Shown here: positions 1-9,300 of the stretch, in pieces
Numbering within the stretch: position 1 is the stretch's first letter
How the letters are laid out: every line of letters starts with the position of its first letter
From: an uncultured beta proteobacterium
Lineage (GTDB): Bacteria; Pseudomonadota; Gammaproteobacteria; Burkholderiales; JACQAP01
Length of the DNA: 64,000 bases
Assembly: GCA_963789945.1 (NCBI GenBank)
Contig: CAWBMN010000008.1
Span: 131,144 to 195,143, forward strand
Direction: 5' to 3'
Program-made: the position numbers and the translations under genes
The notes under the pieces: model-generated
What the model saw: the letters and a program-made list of their open reading frames with translations, nothing else
The model's database searches: none
What the model was told of the DNA's origin: nothing

Positions 1-300
1 GGAATGCACGTTGAACACGTTCATGAACACGCTGATTTTAAGCGCATCGCGGTCAAGGTAGGGATCGCGGTTTTTCTCTACCGCGACAATGCGGCCATCG
101 GCGGGCGAGACCACGGCATCCGGGTCGTCCGGAACGTTGCGCGGCGGATCGCGAAAGAACTGCAGGATGAAAAGCGCGAACAGCCAGAACGGCACCGACC
201 ACCATCCCCAGAAATGCCCGACGATCAGTGCAACGGCGACTGCCGCCGCGAGGAACGGCCAGCCTTCGCTGGCGATGATGGGATGGGGGTAGGGCGTCAC
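1..300 (-). CDS. psd: phosphatidylserine decarboxylase family protein, 5' part (gene runs off the left edge)
   Basis: The reverse frame is open to position 1, with a GTG at 300-298. Translation [27 protein letters not shown]...[29 protein letters not shown] matches small Psd proenzymes. It is absent from the ORF track because there is no stop in the window. Confidence 0.75.
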   Translation of the reverse strand, partial: MTPYPHPIIASEGWPFLAAAVAVALIVGHFWGWWSVPFWLFALFILQFFRDPPRNVPDDPDAVVSPADGRIVAVEKNRDPYLDRDALKISVFMNVFNVHS

Positions 301-318
301 GACGTTCGCCCTTTGACC

Positions 319-452
319 GGTGACGAGTAACGAGTGACGAGAAAAAACACTATCCCTGCCCCGATATCAGCCGGCGCGGGGACGCGCTGCGGCGAGAGCC
401 GATTGCAGGCCAGGGTTCTGCCTGTCACATGTCACCTGTCACTCGTCACTCC
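319..452. repeat. intergenic inverted-repeat element with heptad-array arms (TGACGAG type)
   Basis: The left arm ggTGACGAGTAACGAGTGACGAGaaaaaac (319-348) faces the right arm ctGTCACATGTCACCTGTCACTCGTCACtcc (422-452). GTGACGAGT/ACTCGTCAC is a perfect 9-nt complement. The element fills the ilvC-psd spacer. Confidence 0.6.
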
Positions 453-454
453 TT

Positions 455-1586
<1,132 letters not shown>

Positions 1587-1590
<4 letters not shown>

Positions 1591-2081
1591 GAGACTTTCA
1601 GGATGCGTTCGCCGCGGCCGATACCCGAGGCGCCGGTTCGCACCGTTTCCAGGATCACGCCCTGTTCGAGCGCCTCGAGGAAGGCATCGAGCTTGCTCCC
1701 TGTGCCGGTGAGCTCGATGGTGTAAGCCTTGTCGGTCACATCGACGATGCGGCCGCGGAAGATTTCCGCCATGCGCTTCATCTCCTCGCGGTCCTTGCCG
1801 GAGGCGCGCACCTTGACCAGCATCAGCTCGCGCTCGATGTGGTCGCCGTCGGACAGGTCCACCACTTTGACCACATCGACCAGCTTGTTGAGCTGCTTGG
1901 TGATCTGCTCGATGACGTCGTCGGAACCGGTGGTGACCACGGTCATGCGCGACAGCGACGGATCTTCGGTGGGCGCGACGGTCAGCGACTCGATGTTGTA
2001 GCCGCGCGCCGAGAACAGGCCGGCCACGCGAGACAGCGCGCCCGGCTCGTTCTCCATGAGTAGGGAGATGATGTGACGCAT
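1587..2081 (-). CDS. ilvH: acetolactate synthase small (regulatory) subunit
   Basis: Start ATG at 2081 (MRHIISLLMENEPGALSRVAGLFSARGYNIESLTV...), 164 aa. The longer ORF in the track is an upstream run-on. Confidence 0.93.
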
Positions 2082-2086
2082 TTGAC

Positions 2087-3811
2087 TTAAACCAGGATCA
2101 TCTCCGACAGGCCCTTGCCGCCCGGCACCATCGGAAATACGTTCTCGGTCTGGTCGGTGATGAAGTCCATGAAGACGAGGTCGTTCTTGCGGCTGAACGC
2201 CTCTTTGAGCGCCGGCTCGACGTCCTCCGGCTTGTCGATGCGCATGCCCACGTGGCCGTAGGATTCGGTCAGCTTGACGAAGTCCGGCAGCGCGTCCATG
2301 TAGGACTCGGCGTAGCGGTTGCCGTGGAAGAACTGCTGCCACTGACGCACCATGCCCATATAGCGGTTATTGAGGTTGACGATCTTCACCGGCAGGCGAT
2401 ACTGCTTGGCGGTGGACAATTCCTGGATGCACATCTGGATGCTGGCCTCGCCGGTCACGCAGGCCACGGTCGCGTCCGGATACGCGAGCTGAACGCCGAG
2501 CGCGTACGGCAACCCCACACCCATGGTGCCCAGGCCGCCGGAATTGATCCAGCGGCGCGGCTTCTCGAACTTGTAGAACTGCGCCGCCCACATCTGGTGC
2601 TGGCCCACATCCGAGGTCAGGTACAGGTCCATGTCCCTGGTCAGTTCGTAGAGCTTTTCCATCACGAACTGCGGCTTGATGATCTTAGAGGTGCGGTCGT
2701 ACTTCAGGCAATCGCGGCTGCGCCACTGCTCGATCTGCGTCCACCAGGCCTTGACCGCGGCCGCATCCGGACGCTCCTTGGCGGCGGCGAGTTGGCGATT
2801 CATCTCCTGCAGCACTTCCCTGACGTCGCCGACGATCGGCACGTCCACCCGCACGCGCTTGGAGATCGACGAGGGGTCGATGTCGACGTGGATGATCTTG
2901 CGCTCTTCCTGGAAGAAATGCTTCGGGTTGCCGATCACACGGTCGTCGAAGCGCGCGCCGATCGCTAGCAGCACGTCGCAGTTCTGCATCGCCATGTTGG
3001 CTTCATAGGTGCCGTGCATGCCCAGCATGCCGACGAACTGCGGGTCGCTGGCGGGATAACCGCCGAGGCCCATCAGGGTGTTGGTGCAGGGGAAACCGAG
3101 GGTGCGTACCAGTTGCGTCAGTTCCGCTGACGCGTTGCCGAGCACGATGCCGCCGCCGGTATAGATCATCGGCCGTTTGGCTTCCATGAGAAGTTGTATC
3201 GCCTTCCTGATCTGCCCGCCGTGTCCCTTGATCACCGGGTTGTAGGAACGCATCGTCACCGACTGCGGATAGAAGTACGCGGTCCTGGCGGTCTGCACGT
3301 CCTTGGGGATGTCGACCAGCACCGGGCCGGGACGACCGGTTGCGGCAAGATAGAAAGCCTTCTTCATGGTGACAGCGAGGTCCTTGATGTCCTTAACCAG
3401 GAAGTTGTGCTTTACGCACGGCCGGGTGATCCCGACGGTGTCCACTTCCTGGAAGGCGTCCTGGCCGATGGCATGCGTCGGCACCTGGCCGGTGACGATC
3501 ACCAGCGGGATGGAATCCATGTGAGCGGTGGCAATGCCGGTCACCGCGTTGGTCACGCCGGGACCGGAAGTCACCAGCACGGCGCCCACTTTTCCGGTAG
3601 AGCGGGAATAGGCATCGGCGCCGTGCACCGCAGCCTGCTCATGGCGTACCAGGATGTGCTTGACCTTTTCCTGCTTGAACAGCTCGTCGTACAGGGGGAG
3701 GACGGCACCGCCCGGATAGCCGAAAATGAACTCGACGCCCTCTTCCTGAAGGCATCGGATCGTGATTTCGGCACCGGACAAGTCGGTGGTAACGCCGGCG
3801 GTCAATTCCAT
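2087..3811 (-). CDS. ilvI: acetolactate synthase large (catalytic) subunit, biosynthetic type
   Basis: Start ATG at 3811 (MELTAGVTTDLSGAEITIRCLQEEGVEFIFGYPGGAVLPLYD...), 574 aa, TPP-enzyme motifs. The 64 upstream residues of the ORF are non-homologous. Confidence 0.95.
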   Translation of the reverse strand: MELTAGVTTDLSGAEITIRCLQEEGVEFIFGYPGGAVLPLYDELFKQEKVKHILVRHEQAAVHGADAYSRSTGKVGAVLVTSGPGVTNAVTGIATAHMDSIPLVIVTGQVPTHAIGQDAFQEVDTVGITRPCVKHNFLVKDIKDLAVTMKKAFYLAATGRPGPVLVDIPKDVQTARTAYFYPQSVTMRSYNPVIKGHGGQIRKAIQLLMEAKRPMIYTGGGIVLGNASAELTQLVRTLGFPCTNTLMGLGGYPASDPQFVGMLGMHGTYEANMAMQNCDVLLAIGARFDDRVIGNPKHFFQEERKIIHVDIDPSSISKRVRVDVPIVGDVREVLQEMNRQLAAAKERPDAAAVKAWWTQIEQWRSRDCLKYDRTSKIIKPQFVMEKLYELTRDMDLYLTSDVGQHQMWAAQFYKFEKPRRWINSGGLGTMGVGLPYALGVQLAYPDATVACVTGEASIQMCIQELSTAKQYRLPVKIVNLNNRYMGMVRQWQQFFHGNRYAESYMDALPDFVKLTESYGHVGMRIDKPEDVEPALKEAFSRKNDLVFMDFITDQTENVFPMVPGGKGLSEMILV

Positions 3812-3851
3812 CGAAACACCTAAGTGGAGAAAATCACTGCGAAAACATTGG

Positions 3852-3880
3852 AAGATACCGGCAACATGAAGGCCGGTCAA
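3852..3880 (-). promoter_or_regulatory. candidate sigma70 promoter for ilvIHC
   Basis: The reverse strand reads TTGACC-17 nt-TATCTT, about 40 nt upstream of the ilvI ATG. Pattern match only. Confidence 0.3.
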
Positions 3881-3950
3881 GGATGGGTCCCCGCGCCGCA
3901 ACAGGGGTCCAACCGCATCGCCCCAACCGGGGCGGCGAGGGAATCGCGGG

Positions 3951-4775
3951 CTACTTGCGGGCGTAGATCCAGCGCTTCCAGGCGTCAAACAGGCCGGGAT
4001 CACGCGCCGCGATCACGGAACGCTGCCACAGCGTGTCGGCCCAGAAGTCATCGTTGTTCAGGCTGGACATCAGTCCGCCGGCTTCCTGCAGAATCAACGA
4101 ACCGGCTGCGTAGTCCCAGAGCTTCTGGCCGCCATGCAGATAGACGTCGAAGCGTCCGGCGGCGACGTAGCACCACTCCAGCGTGCTGGCGCCAAAATTG
4201 CGCTGCGAGGAATAGGGCGGTGCCGCGACCAGTTCACGCGCAAGCGACGCCGGCAGGCGCTTGAAGTCCACCTGGGCCATGGCGTTGCGCAAGGGGGGCG
4301 CCTGTTCCTTGATCGGCAAGCGCTCGCCGTTGAGGAAGGCACCGCCACCCTTCTCGGCGTAGAACACCTCGTCGGCAACCGGATCGTAGACCACGCCCAG
4401 TACGCTCCTGCCCTTCTTCATGAGCGCCACGGACACGGCGAAATAGGGCAGGCCGTTGACGAAGTTCGAGGTGCCGTCGATCGGGTCGACGCACCACAGG
4501 CCCTCGTCGCCGGCCAGCCAGTATTCGGCCTGCTGCTCAGGAGTCATCTCCTCGCCAACTATCGGTCCGGAATAAATGTCCGGGAGCCGGTGGCAAAGCG
4601 CCTCCTGGGCAGCAATATCGGCTGCTGTGAACAGGCTGCCGTCCGATTTGCGCTGATGCGCCACCTTCAGGTAACGCGGCATGACCTCTTCCTTCGCCAC
4701 GTCCTTTACCGTGGCGATCACGCGCTCGAGCATCCCGGGCGACAGTTTCTTCAGCGCTTCCATTTGATCGAACAT
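3951..4775 (-). CDS. inositol monophosphatase (SuhB/CysQ) family protein
   Basis: 274-aa ORF with WCVDPIDGTSNF and the usual IMPase core. The start is uncertain: Met at 4775, 4763 or 4733, and the first overlaps the upstream gene by 25 nt. Confidence 0.85.
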   Translation of the reverse strand: MFDQMEALKKLSPGMLERVIATVKDVAKEEVMPRYLKVAHQRKSDGSLFTAADIAAQEALCHRLPDIYSGPIVGEEMTPEQQAEYWLAGDEGLWCVDPIDGTSNFVNGLPYFAVSVALMKKGRSVLGVVYDPVADEVFYAEKGGGAFLNGERLPIKEQAPPLRNAMAQVDFKRLPASLARELVAAPPYSSQRNFGASTLEWCYVAAGRFDVYLHGGQKLWDYAAGSLILQEAGGLMSSLNNDDFWADTLWQRSVIAARDPGLFDAWKRWIYARK

Positions 4776-5299
4776 CCCATACTGGGGATTTGATCCGCCG
4801 GACCGCGCCCGGTTTCCGCCACTGCCTTCATGGCCTCGAACAAATCACGCCGTGCGTTCGCCACCGGCGAGGTGCGCGAAGCGTCGAGCCTGCCCCGGTA
4901 CTGGAGTCCGAGGTCCTTGTCGAAACCGAAGAAGTCCGGCGTGCACACCGCGTCATAGGCGTGGGCAACCTGCTGAGACTCGTCGAAAAGGTAGGGAAAC
5001 GGAAACTTGAGATCGCGCGCAACGCGCTGCATGTTCTCGAACGAGTCCTCGGGATAGTCGTCGGGATCGTTCGCACTGATCGCCACCGAGCCGATGCCCA
5101 GCGCCTTGAGTTCGGCACAGTCGCGGATGATGCGATCGCGCACGGCCTTGACGTAGGGACAGTGGTTACAGATGAACATCACCAGCAGGCCCTTGGGCCC
5201 GCGCGCTTCGACAAGCGTGTAACGTTTGTCATCGGTACCCGGCAAGTCGAACTCGGGTGCCTTCCAGCCGAAATTGCACACCGGTGGTTGAGCGCCCAT
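4751..5299 (-). CDS. thioredoxin-fold (redoxin/AhpC-TSA-like) protein
   Basis: 182 aa with a CNHCPY CxxC motif in a thioredoxin-like context. Confidence 0.75.
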   Translation of the reverse strand: MGAQPPVCNFGWKAPEFDLPGTDDKRYTLVEARGPKGLLVMFICNHCPYVKAVRDRIIRDCAELKALGIGSVAISANDPDDYPEDSFENMQRVARDLKFPFPYLFDESQQVAHAYDAVCTPDFFGFDKDLGLQYRGRLDASRTSPVANARRDLFEAMKAVAETGRGPADQIPSMGCSIKWKR

Positions 5300-5400
5300 T
5301 TGTTACGCCTCCAGGAAATTGCCGACGCCGGCCGGCCCAGGTACTACGTGTTGCGCAGAAAGACTGTGACCAAAACTTTGTTGCATGGCAAAATCTTAAC

Positions 5401-6171
5401 ATGAATAAGGAGTTGCGTAAGAAACCTGGGGCGAAACCCGGCGCCCGATTCTACTTTTCCGGCAAGCTCGGGAACGGCTCCGAGGTGCGATTAGCCCCGG
5501 AAGCCGCGCATCATGCGGCGCGGGTGCTGCGTCTCGCCGTGGGCCAACCCGTAACCTTGTTCGACGGACACGGCGGCGAGTTCGAGGCGCGCATTACCCG
5601 CATGGACCGCGGCGAGGTGACGATCAAGACCGGCGCACACCTCGCGGTCGAGCGGGAAGCCCCGCTCGACATCCTGCTCGCCCAAGGACTCTCGAGCGGG
5701 GATCGCATGGACCTGACCCTGCAGAAGTCGGTGGAACTGGGCGTAACAGCGATTCAGCCGGTCACAACCGAGCGCAGCGTCGTGAAACTCAAGGACGAGC
5801 GCGCGGCGCGGCGCGCCGAACACTGGCAGAACCTGGTGATCGCCGCCTGCGAGCAATGCGGCCGCAACCGCGTGCCCCCGGTCGCGCCATTGCTGGGCTT
5901 CGGCGAGTGGCTGGGACAACTGGGACCGCCCCGCGACGAACTCCGACTGATGCTCTCGCCTCATGCGGCGGTATCTCTGCGCGAACTCGCGCCCGCGCGC
6001 GGCAGGGTAATCCTGCTCGCCGGCCCGGAAGGCGGGCTCGCCCCGGGTGAAGTGCAGTCGGCGCAGTCTCGCGGATTCGCGCCGGTGCGTCTCGGCCCGA
6101 GGGTGCTGCGCACCGAGACCGCGGCGCTCGCCGCGCTGTCCGCGATTCAGGCTTTATGGGGCGATTTCTGA
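5401..6171 (+). CDS. rsmE: 16S rRNA (uracil1498-N3)-methyltransferase
   Basis: ATG at 5401 (MNKELRKKPGAKPGARFYFSG...). RsmE core LAQGLSSGDRMDLTLQKSVELGV...LLAGPEGGLAPGE. No obvious SD. Confidence 0.85.
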   Translation: MNKELRKKPGAKPGARFYFSGKLGNGSEVRLAPEAAHHAARVLRLAVGQPVTLFDGHGGEFEARITRMDRGEVTIKTGAHLAVEREAPLDILLAQGLSSGDRMDLTLQKSVELGVTAIQPVTTERSVVKLKDERAARRAEHWQNLVIAACEQCGRNRVPPVAPLLGFGEWLGQLGPPRDELRLMLSPHAAVSLRELAPARGRVILLAGPEGGLAPGEVQSAQSRGFAPVRLGPRVLRTETAALAALSAIQALWGDF

Positions 6172-6204
6172 AGCTGCGAACTTTCGGCGTAAAGAAAACT
6201 GAAG

Positions 6205-6443
6205 GTCTCACCACGAAGACACGAAGATCACGAAGAAACACGAAGGAAGACTTTCGAAGTGAACGACAGCACATCGATTATTGGCCAGCACACACTGTCT
6301 GAATACCCCGACCATCGGAGATCAACATCTTCACATTCCAAGTTCACGGCAACCCAAAAGAAGTTTGACCAATGTTTTTGGTTTTCTTCGTGATCTTCGT
6401 GTCTTCGTGGTGAGACTTGCGGTTTCGTGGTGAGATTTGCGGT
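6205..6443. repeat. CACGAAG-array inverted-repeat element, copy A (MITE/REP-like)
   Basis: A perfect 34-nt terminal inverted repeat, GTCTCACCACGAAGACACGAAGATCACGAAGAAA, lies at 6205-6238 against 6383-6416. The ~145-bp core has lower GC. It is followed by a 20-nt tandem duplication, TTCGTGGTGAGA(C/T)TTGCGGT, at 6404-6443. Confidence 0.85.
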
Positions 6444-6528
6444 TTTCCCGGCGTTGAGGTTTTCGCGATAAAGCCAACAGCCTTTATACTGTGCGGCTTT
6501 CACGACTCGAGCGGTAACAGGATCAATA

Positions 6529-7296
6529 ATGGAAATCAGGAACAGCAGCTTCATCGTCACCGGCGGAGCCTCGGGACTAGGCGGCGCTACCGTGGAAATG
6601 ATCGTTGCCGCCGGCGGCAACGCGATTATTGCAGACGTATCGCGGACGCAGGGCGAAGCGCTGGCCGCGAAACTTGGCAAGCGCGCGCGCTTCGTCGAAT
6701 GCGACGTTACCCGCGAGGATCACGGCAAGGCCGCGGTGGACGCCGCGCTCAAGGAATTCGGCGGCCTGCACGGTTTGGTGAACTGCGCTGGCATCGCAGT
6801 GGGCGAGAAGACCGTCGGCAAGGATGGGCCGCATTCGCTCGCCAGCTTCACCAAGGTGATCAACGTCAACCTGATCGGCACTTTCAACATGATTCGGCTT
6901 GCCGCGGACGCGATGTCGAAAGGCCAGCCGAACGCCTCCGGGGAACGCGGTGTCATCGTCAACACCGCATCGGTTGCCGCCTTCGACGGCCAGATCGGAC
7001 AGGCGGCGTACTCTGCCTCCAAGGGCGGCATCGTCGGCATGACGCTGCCGATCGCGCGCGACCTGTCGCGCAGCGGCATTCGCGTGGTCACCATCGCTCC
7101 GGGAATATTCGAAACCCCGATGCTCAAAGGCATGCCCCAGGAAATTCAGGACGCACTCGGCAAAATGGTGCCTTTCCCGCCGCGGCTGGGTCGGCCGGAC
7201 GAATACGCAGCGCTGGTCGGGCATATCGTTCAAAACGAGATGCTCAACGGCGAAGTGATTCGCCTCGACGGCGCGATCCGGATGCAACCGAAATAA
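6529..7296 (+). CDS. SDR family 3-hydroxyacyl-CoA dehydrogenase (HSD17B10-like)
   Basis: 255 aa with [15 protein letters not shown] and an ...[10 protein letters not shown]-terminus. Confidence 0.85.
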   Translation: MEIRNSSFIVTGGASGLGGATVEMIVAAGGNAIIADVSRTQGEALAAKLGKRARFVECDVTREDHGKAAVDAALKEFGGLHGLVNCAGIAVGEKTVGKDGPHSLASFTKVINVNLIGTFNMIRLAADAMSKGQPNASGERGVIVNTASVAAFDGQIGQAAYSASKGGIVGMTLPIARDLSRSGIRVVTIAPGIFETPMLKGMPQEIQDALGKMVPFPPRLGRPDEYAALVGHIVQNEMLNGEVIRLDGAIRMQPK

Positions 7297-7320
7297 ATCC
7301 CATTCGACACCACACCCGTC

Positions 7321-8640
7321 ATGCAGGCCGCCCAGCAAGCGCAGTTCGTGAAGTGGTTCCGCGCCGCCGCACCTTACGTGCACGCGTTCGGCGGACGCAC
7401 GTTCGTCGTTGCTTTCGGCGGCGAAGTGGTGGCGGACGGGCGTTTCATTGCGCTCTCACATGACCTGAATCTGCTGGCGAGCCTCGGCGTGCGCCTGGTC
7501 CTGGTGCACGGCGCGCGCCCGCAGATCGATGCACAGATGAAAGCGGCCAAACTGAAGGCGCAGTATGTGCGCGGCATGCGGGTCACCGAGGAAAGAGCGC
7601 TGGCCTGCGTGAAACAGGCCAACGGTCAGTTGCGGGTGGAGATCGAGGCGTTGTTGTCGATGGGCCTGCCGAACTCGCCGATGGCCAATGCCGACATCCG
7701 CGTAGCCTCCGGCAATTTCGTCACCGCGCGCCCGCGCGGCGTCGTGGACGGGGTGGACATGCTCTACACCGGGGAGGTTCGCAAAGTGAACGCAGACGCG
7801 ATCAACACCCGCCTGGACGACGGCGAACTGGTGCTGCTTTCCCCGCTCGGATATTCACCCACCGGCGAAATATTCAACCTGACGCTGGAGGACCTGGCGG
7901 CCGAAACCGCGATCGCGCTGGGCGCCGAAAAGCTGGTGTTCCTCATGGATGAGCCCGGATTGAAGAGCAAGAGCGGCAAGCTGTTGCGCGAACTCACCGT
8001 GACCGATGCGGAGAAGTTGCTACGCAAGGACCGCCTGCTGTCTGACGACGCAGGACTGTACCTGCCGCATGCGATCAAGGCGTGCAAGGGCGGGGCCGAT
8101 CGCGTACATCTGGTCAGCCGCCACACCGACGGCGCGTTGCTGCTGGAAGTGTTCACCCACGACGGCGTGGGCAGCATGGTCACTCGTGACCCTCTGGAAC
8201 AGTTGAGCGATGCCACCATCGAGGACGTGGGCGGCATTCTCAAGCTGATCGAGCCGCTCGAAGCCGACGGCACGCTGATCAAGCGTCCGCGTGAACTGCT
8301 GGAAATGGAAATAAGCCGCTTCTGCGTGCTCGAGCACGATTACGTGATCGTCGGCTGCGCCGCGCTCTACCCTTTTCCCGACGAGAAGTCGGCGGAGCTC
8401 GCGTGCCTGGTCGTGCATCCGGACTATCGCGACGCCGGCGCGGGCGAGCAGTTGCTGAAATGGATCGAGGAAAAAGCGAAGAAACTGCGGATCAAGCGCC
8501 TGTTCGTGCTCACCACCCGCGCCGCGCACTGGTTCATCGAGCACGGCTTTGCCGAAGCCAGCGTCGACAAGCTGCCGAAACAGAAGCAGGCGCTGTATAA
8601 CTACCAGCGGCGCTCCAAGGTTCTGGTCAAACCGCTCTGA
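7321..8640 (+). CDS. argA: amino-acid N-acetyltransferase (N-acetylglutamate synthase)
   Basis: 439 aa with an AAK-like N-domain plus a GNAT C-domain, [27 protein letters not shown]... Confidence 0.93.
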   Translation: MQAAQQAQFVKWFRAAAPYVHAFGGRTFVVAFGGEVVADGRFIALSHDLNLLASLGVRLVLVHGARPQIDAQMKAAKLKAQYVRGMRVTEERALACVKQANGQLRVEIEALLSMGLPNSPMANADIRVASGNFVTARPRGVVDGVDMLYTGEVRKVNADAINTRLDDGELVLLSPLGYSPTGEIFNLTLEDLAAETAIALGAEKLVFLMDEPGLKSKSGKLLRELTVTDAEKLLRKDRLLSDDAGLYLPHAIKACKGGADRVHLVSRHTDGALLLEVFTHDGVGSMVTRDPLEQLSDATIEDVGGILKLIEPLEADGTLIKRPRELLEMEISRFCVLEHDYVIVGCAALYPFPDEKSAELACLVVHPDYRDAGAGEQLLKWIEEKAKKLRIKRLFVLTTRAAHWFIEHGFAEASVDKLPKQKQALYNYQRRSKVLVKPL

Positions 8641-8776
8641 CGTCCGTCACCCGAAGTCATCCTGCCGCTTCCCGGGGGCGGGGCATATAATCGATGTGAA
8701 TCTTCCGCGATTAGGCTGTCACAAGGCTGTAACCACATCACCCGGAAGAATCTGTAACCTGTTGATACCAAAAAAC

Positions 8777-9052
8777 ATGGCAAGAACAGTGAAGTGCGTA
8801 AAGCTCGGCCGGGAAGGCGAGGGGCTGGATTTCCTTCCTTTTCCCGGTGACCTGGGCAAACGCATTTTCGAGAACGTTTCCAAGGAGGCCTGGAAAGGCT
8901 GGCTCGAGCACCAGAAAATGCTGGTGAACGAGAACCGGTTGAGCCTCGCCGACCCAAAAGCGCGCAAGTATCTTCTGGAGCAGACCGAAAAGTATTTTTT
9001 CGGTTCCGGCGCCGACGCTGCTGCGGGCTACGTTCCACCCTCGAAGGGCTAG
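8777..9052 (+). CDS. yggX: oxidative-damage protection / Fe(2+)-trafficking protein
   Basis: ATG at 8777. [55 protein letters not shown], 91 aa. Confidence 0.9.
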   Translation: MARTVKCVKLGREGEGLDFLPFPGDLGKRIFENVSKEAWKGWLEHQKMLVNENRLSLADPKARKYLLEQTEKYFFGSGADAAAGYVPPSKG

Positions 9053-9300
9053 CAACTTCGCACCGCGCCGGCAGGCGCGCTGCAGCCCTTCCCTGTTCAC
9101 AGCCAATCGCCGGGGAGCCGAAAATTAGCAAGGGTCCGCAAATCAAGGCCGAGTCCGCCGACCGCGCGGCCACGCTCGCGCCGGAAAAGGCGGCGAAGAA
9201 ACGCGCCGCGCTGGCCGCCGACAAGTCGGCCAAGGCCAAGCGCTCCAATCCGCAGCTTTACCTGAACCGGGAACTGGCGCAGATCGAGTTCAACAGGCGG

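Noticed and set aside
4-330. 108-aa plus-strand ORF at the left edge
   Set aside because: The opposite strand encodes an obvious Psd N-terminus. The plus-strand product has no homology features.
6372-6413. 13-codon hydrophobic mini-ORF (MFLVFFVIFVSSW) inside repeat copy A
   Set aside because: It is generated by translating the CTTCGTG array itself. It has no RBS, and equivalent frames in other copies are not conserved.
6205-6443. Heptamer arrays (here and at 13364, 1498, 319, 44426) as possible CRISPR arrays
   Set aside because: The repeat units are 7 nt with 1-3 nt spacers, the arrays have 3-7 units, and they are arranged as inverted arms. There are no 25-40 nt repeats, unique spacers or cas genes.
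6417-7463. 348-aa Arg-rich ORF overlapping the SDR gene in another frame
   Set aside because: The SDR frame has Rossmann and catalytic motifs. The alternative frame is an Arg/Gly/Arg repeat artefact that begins inside the repeat element.
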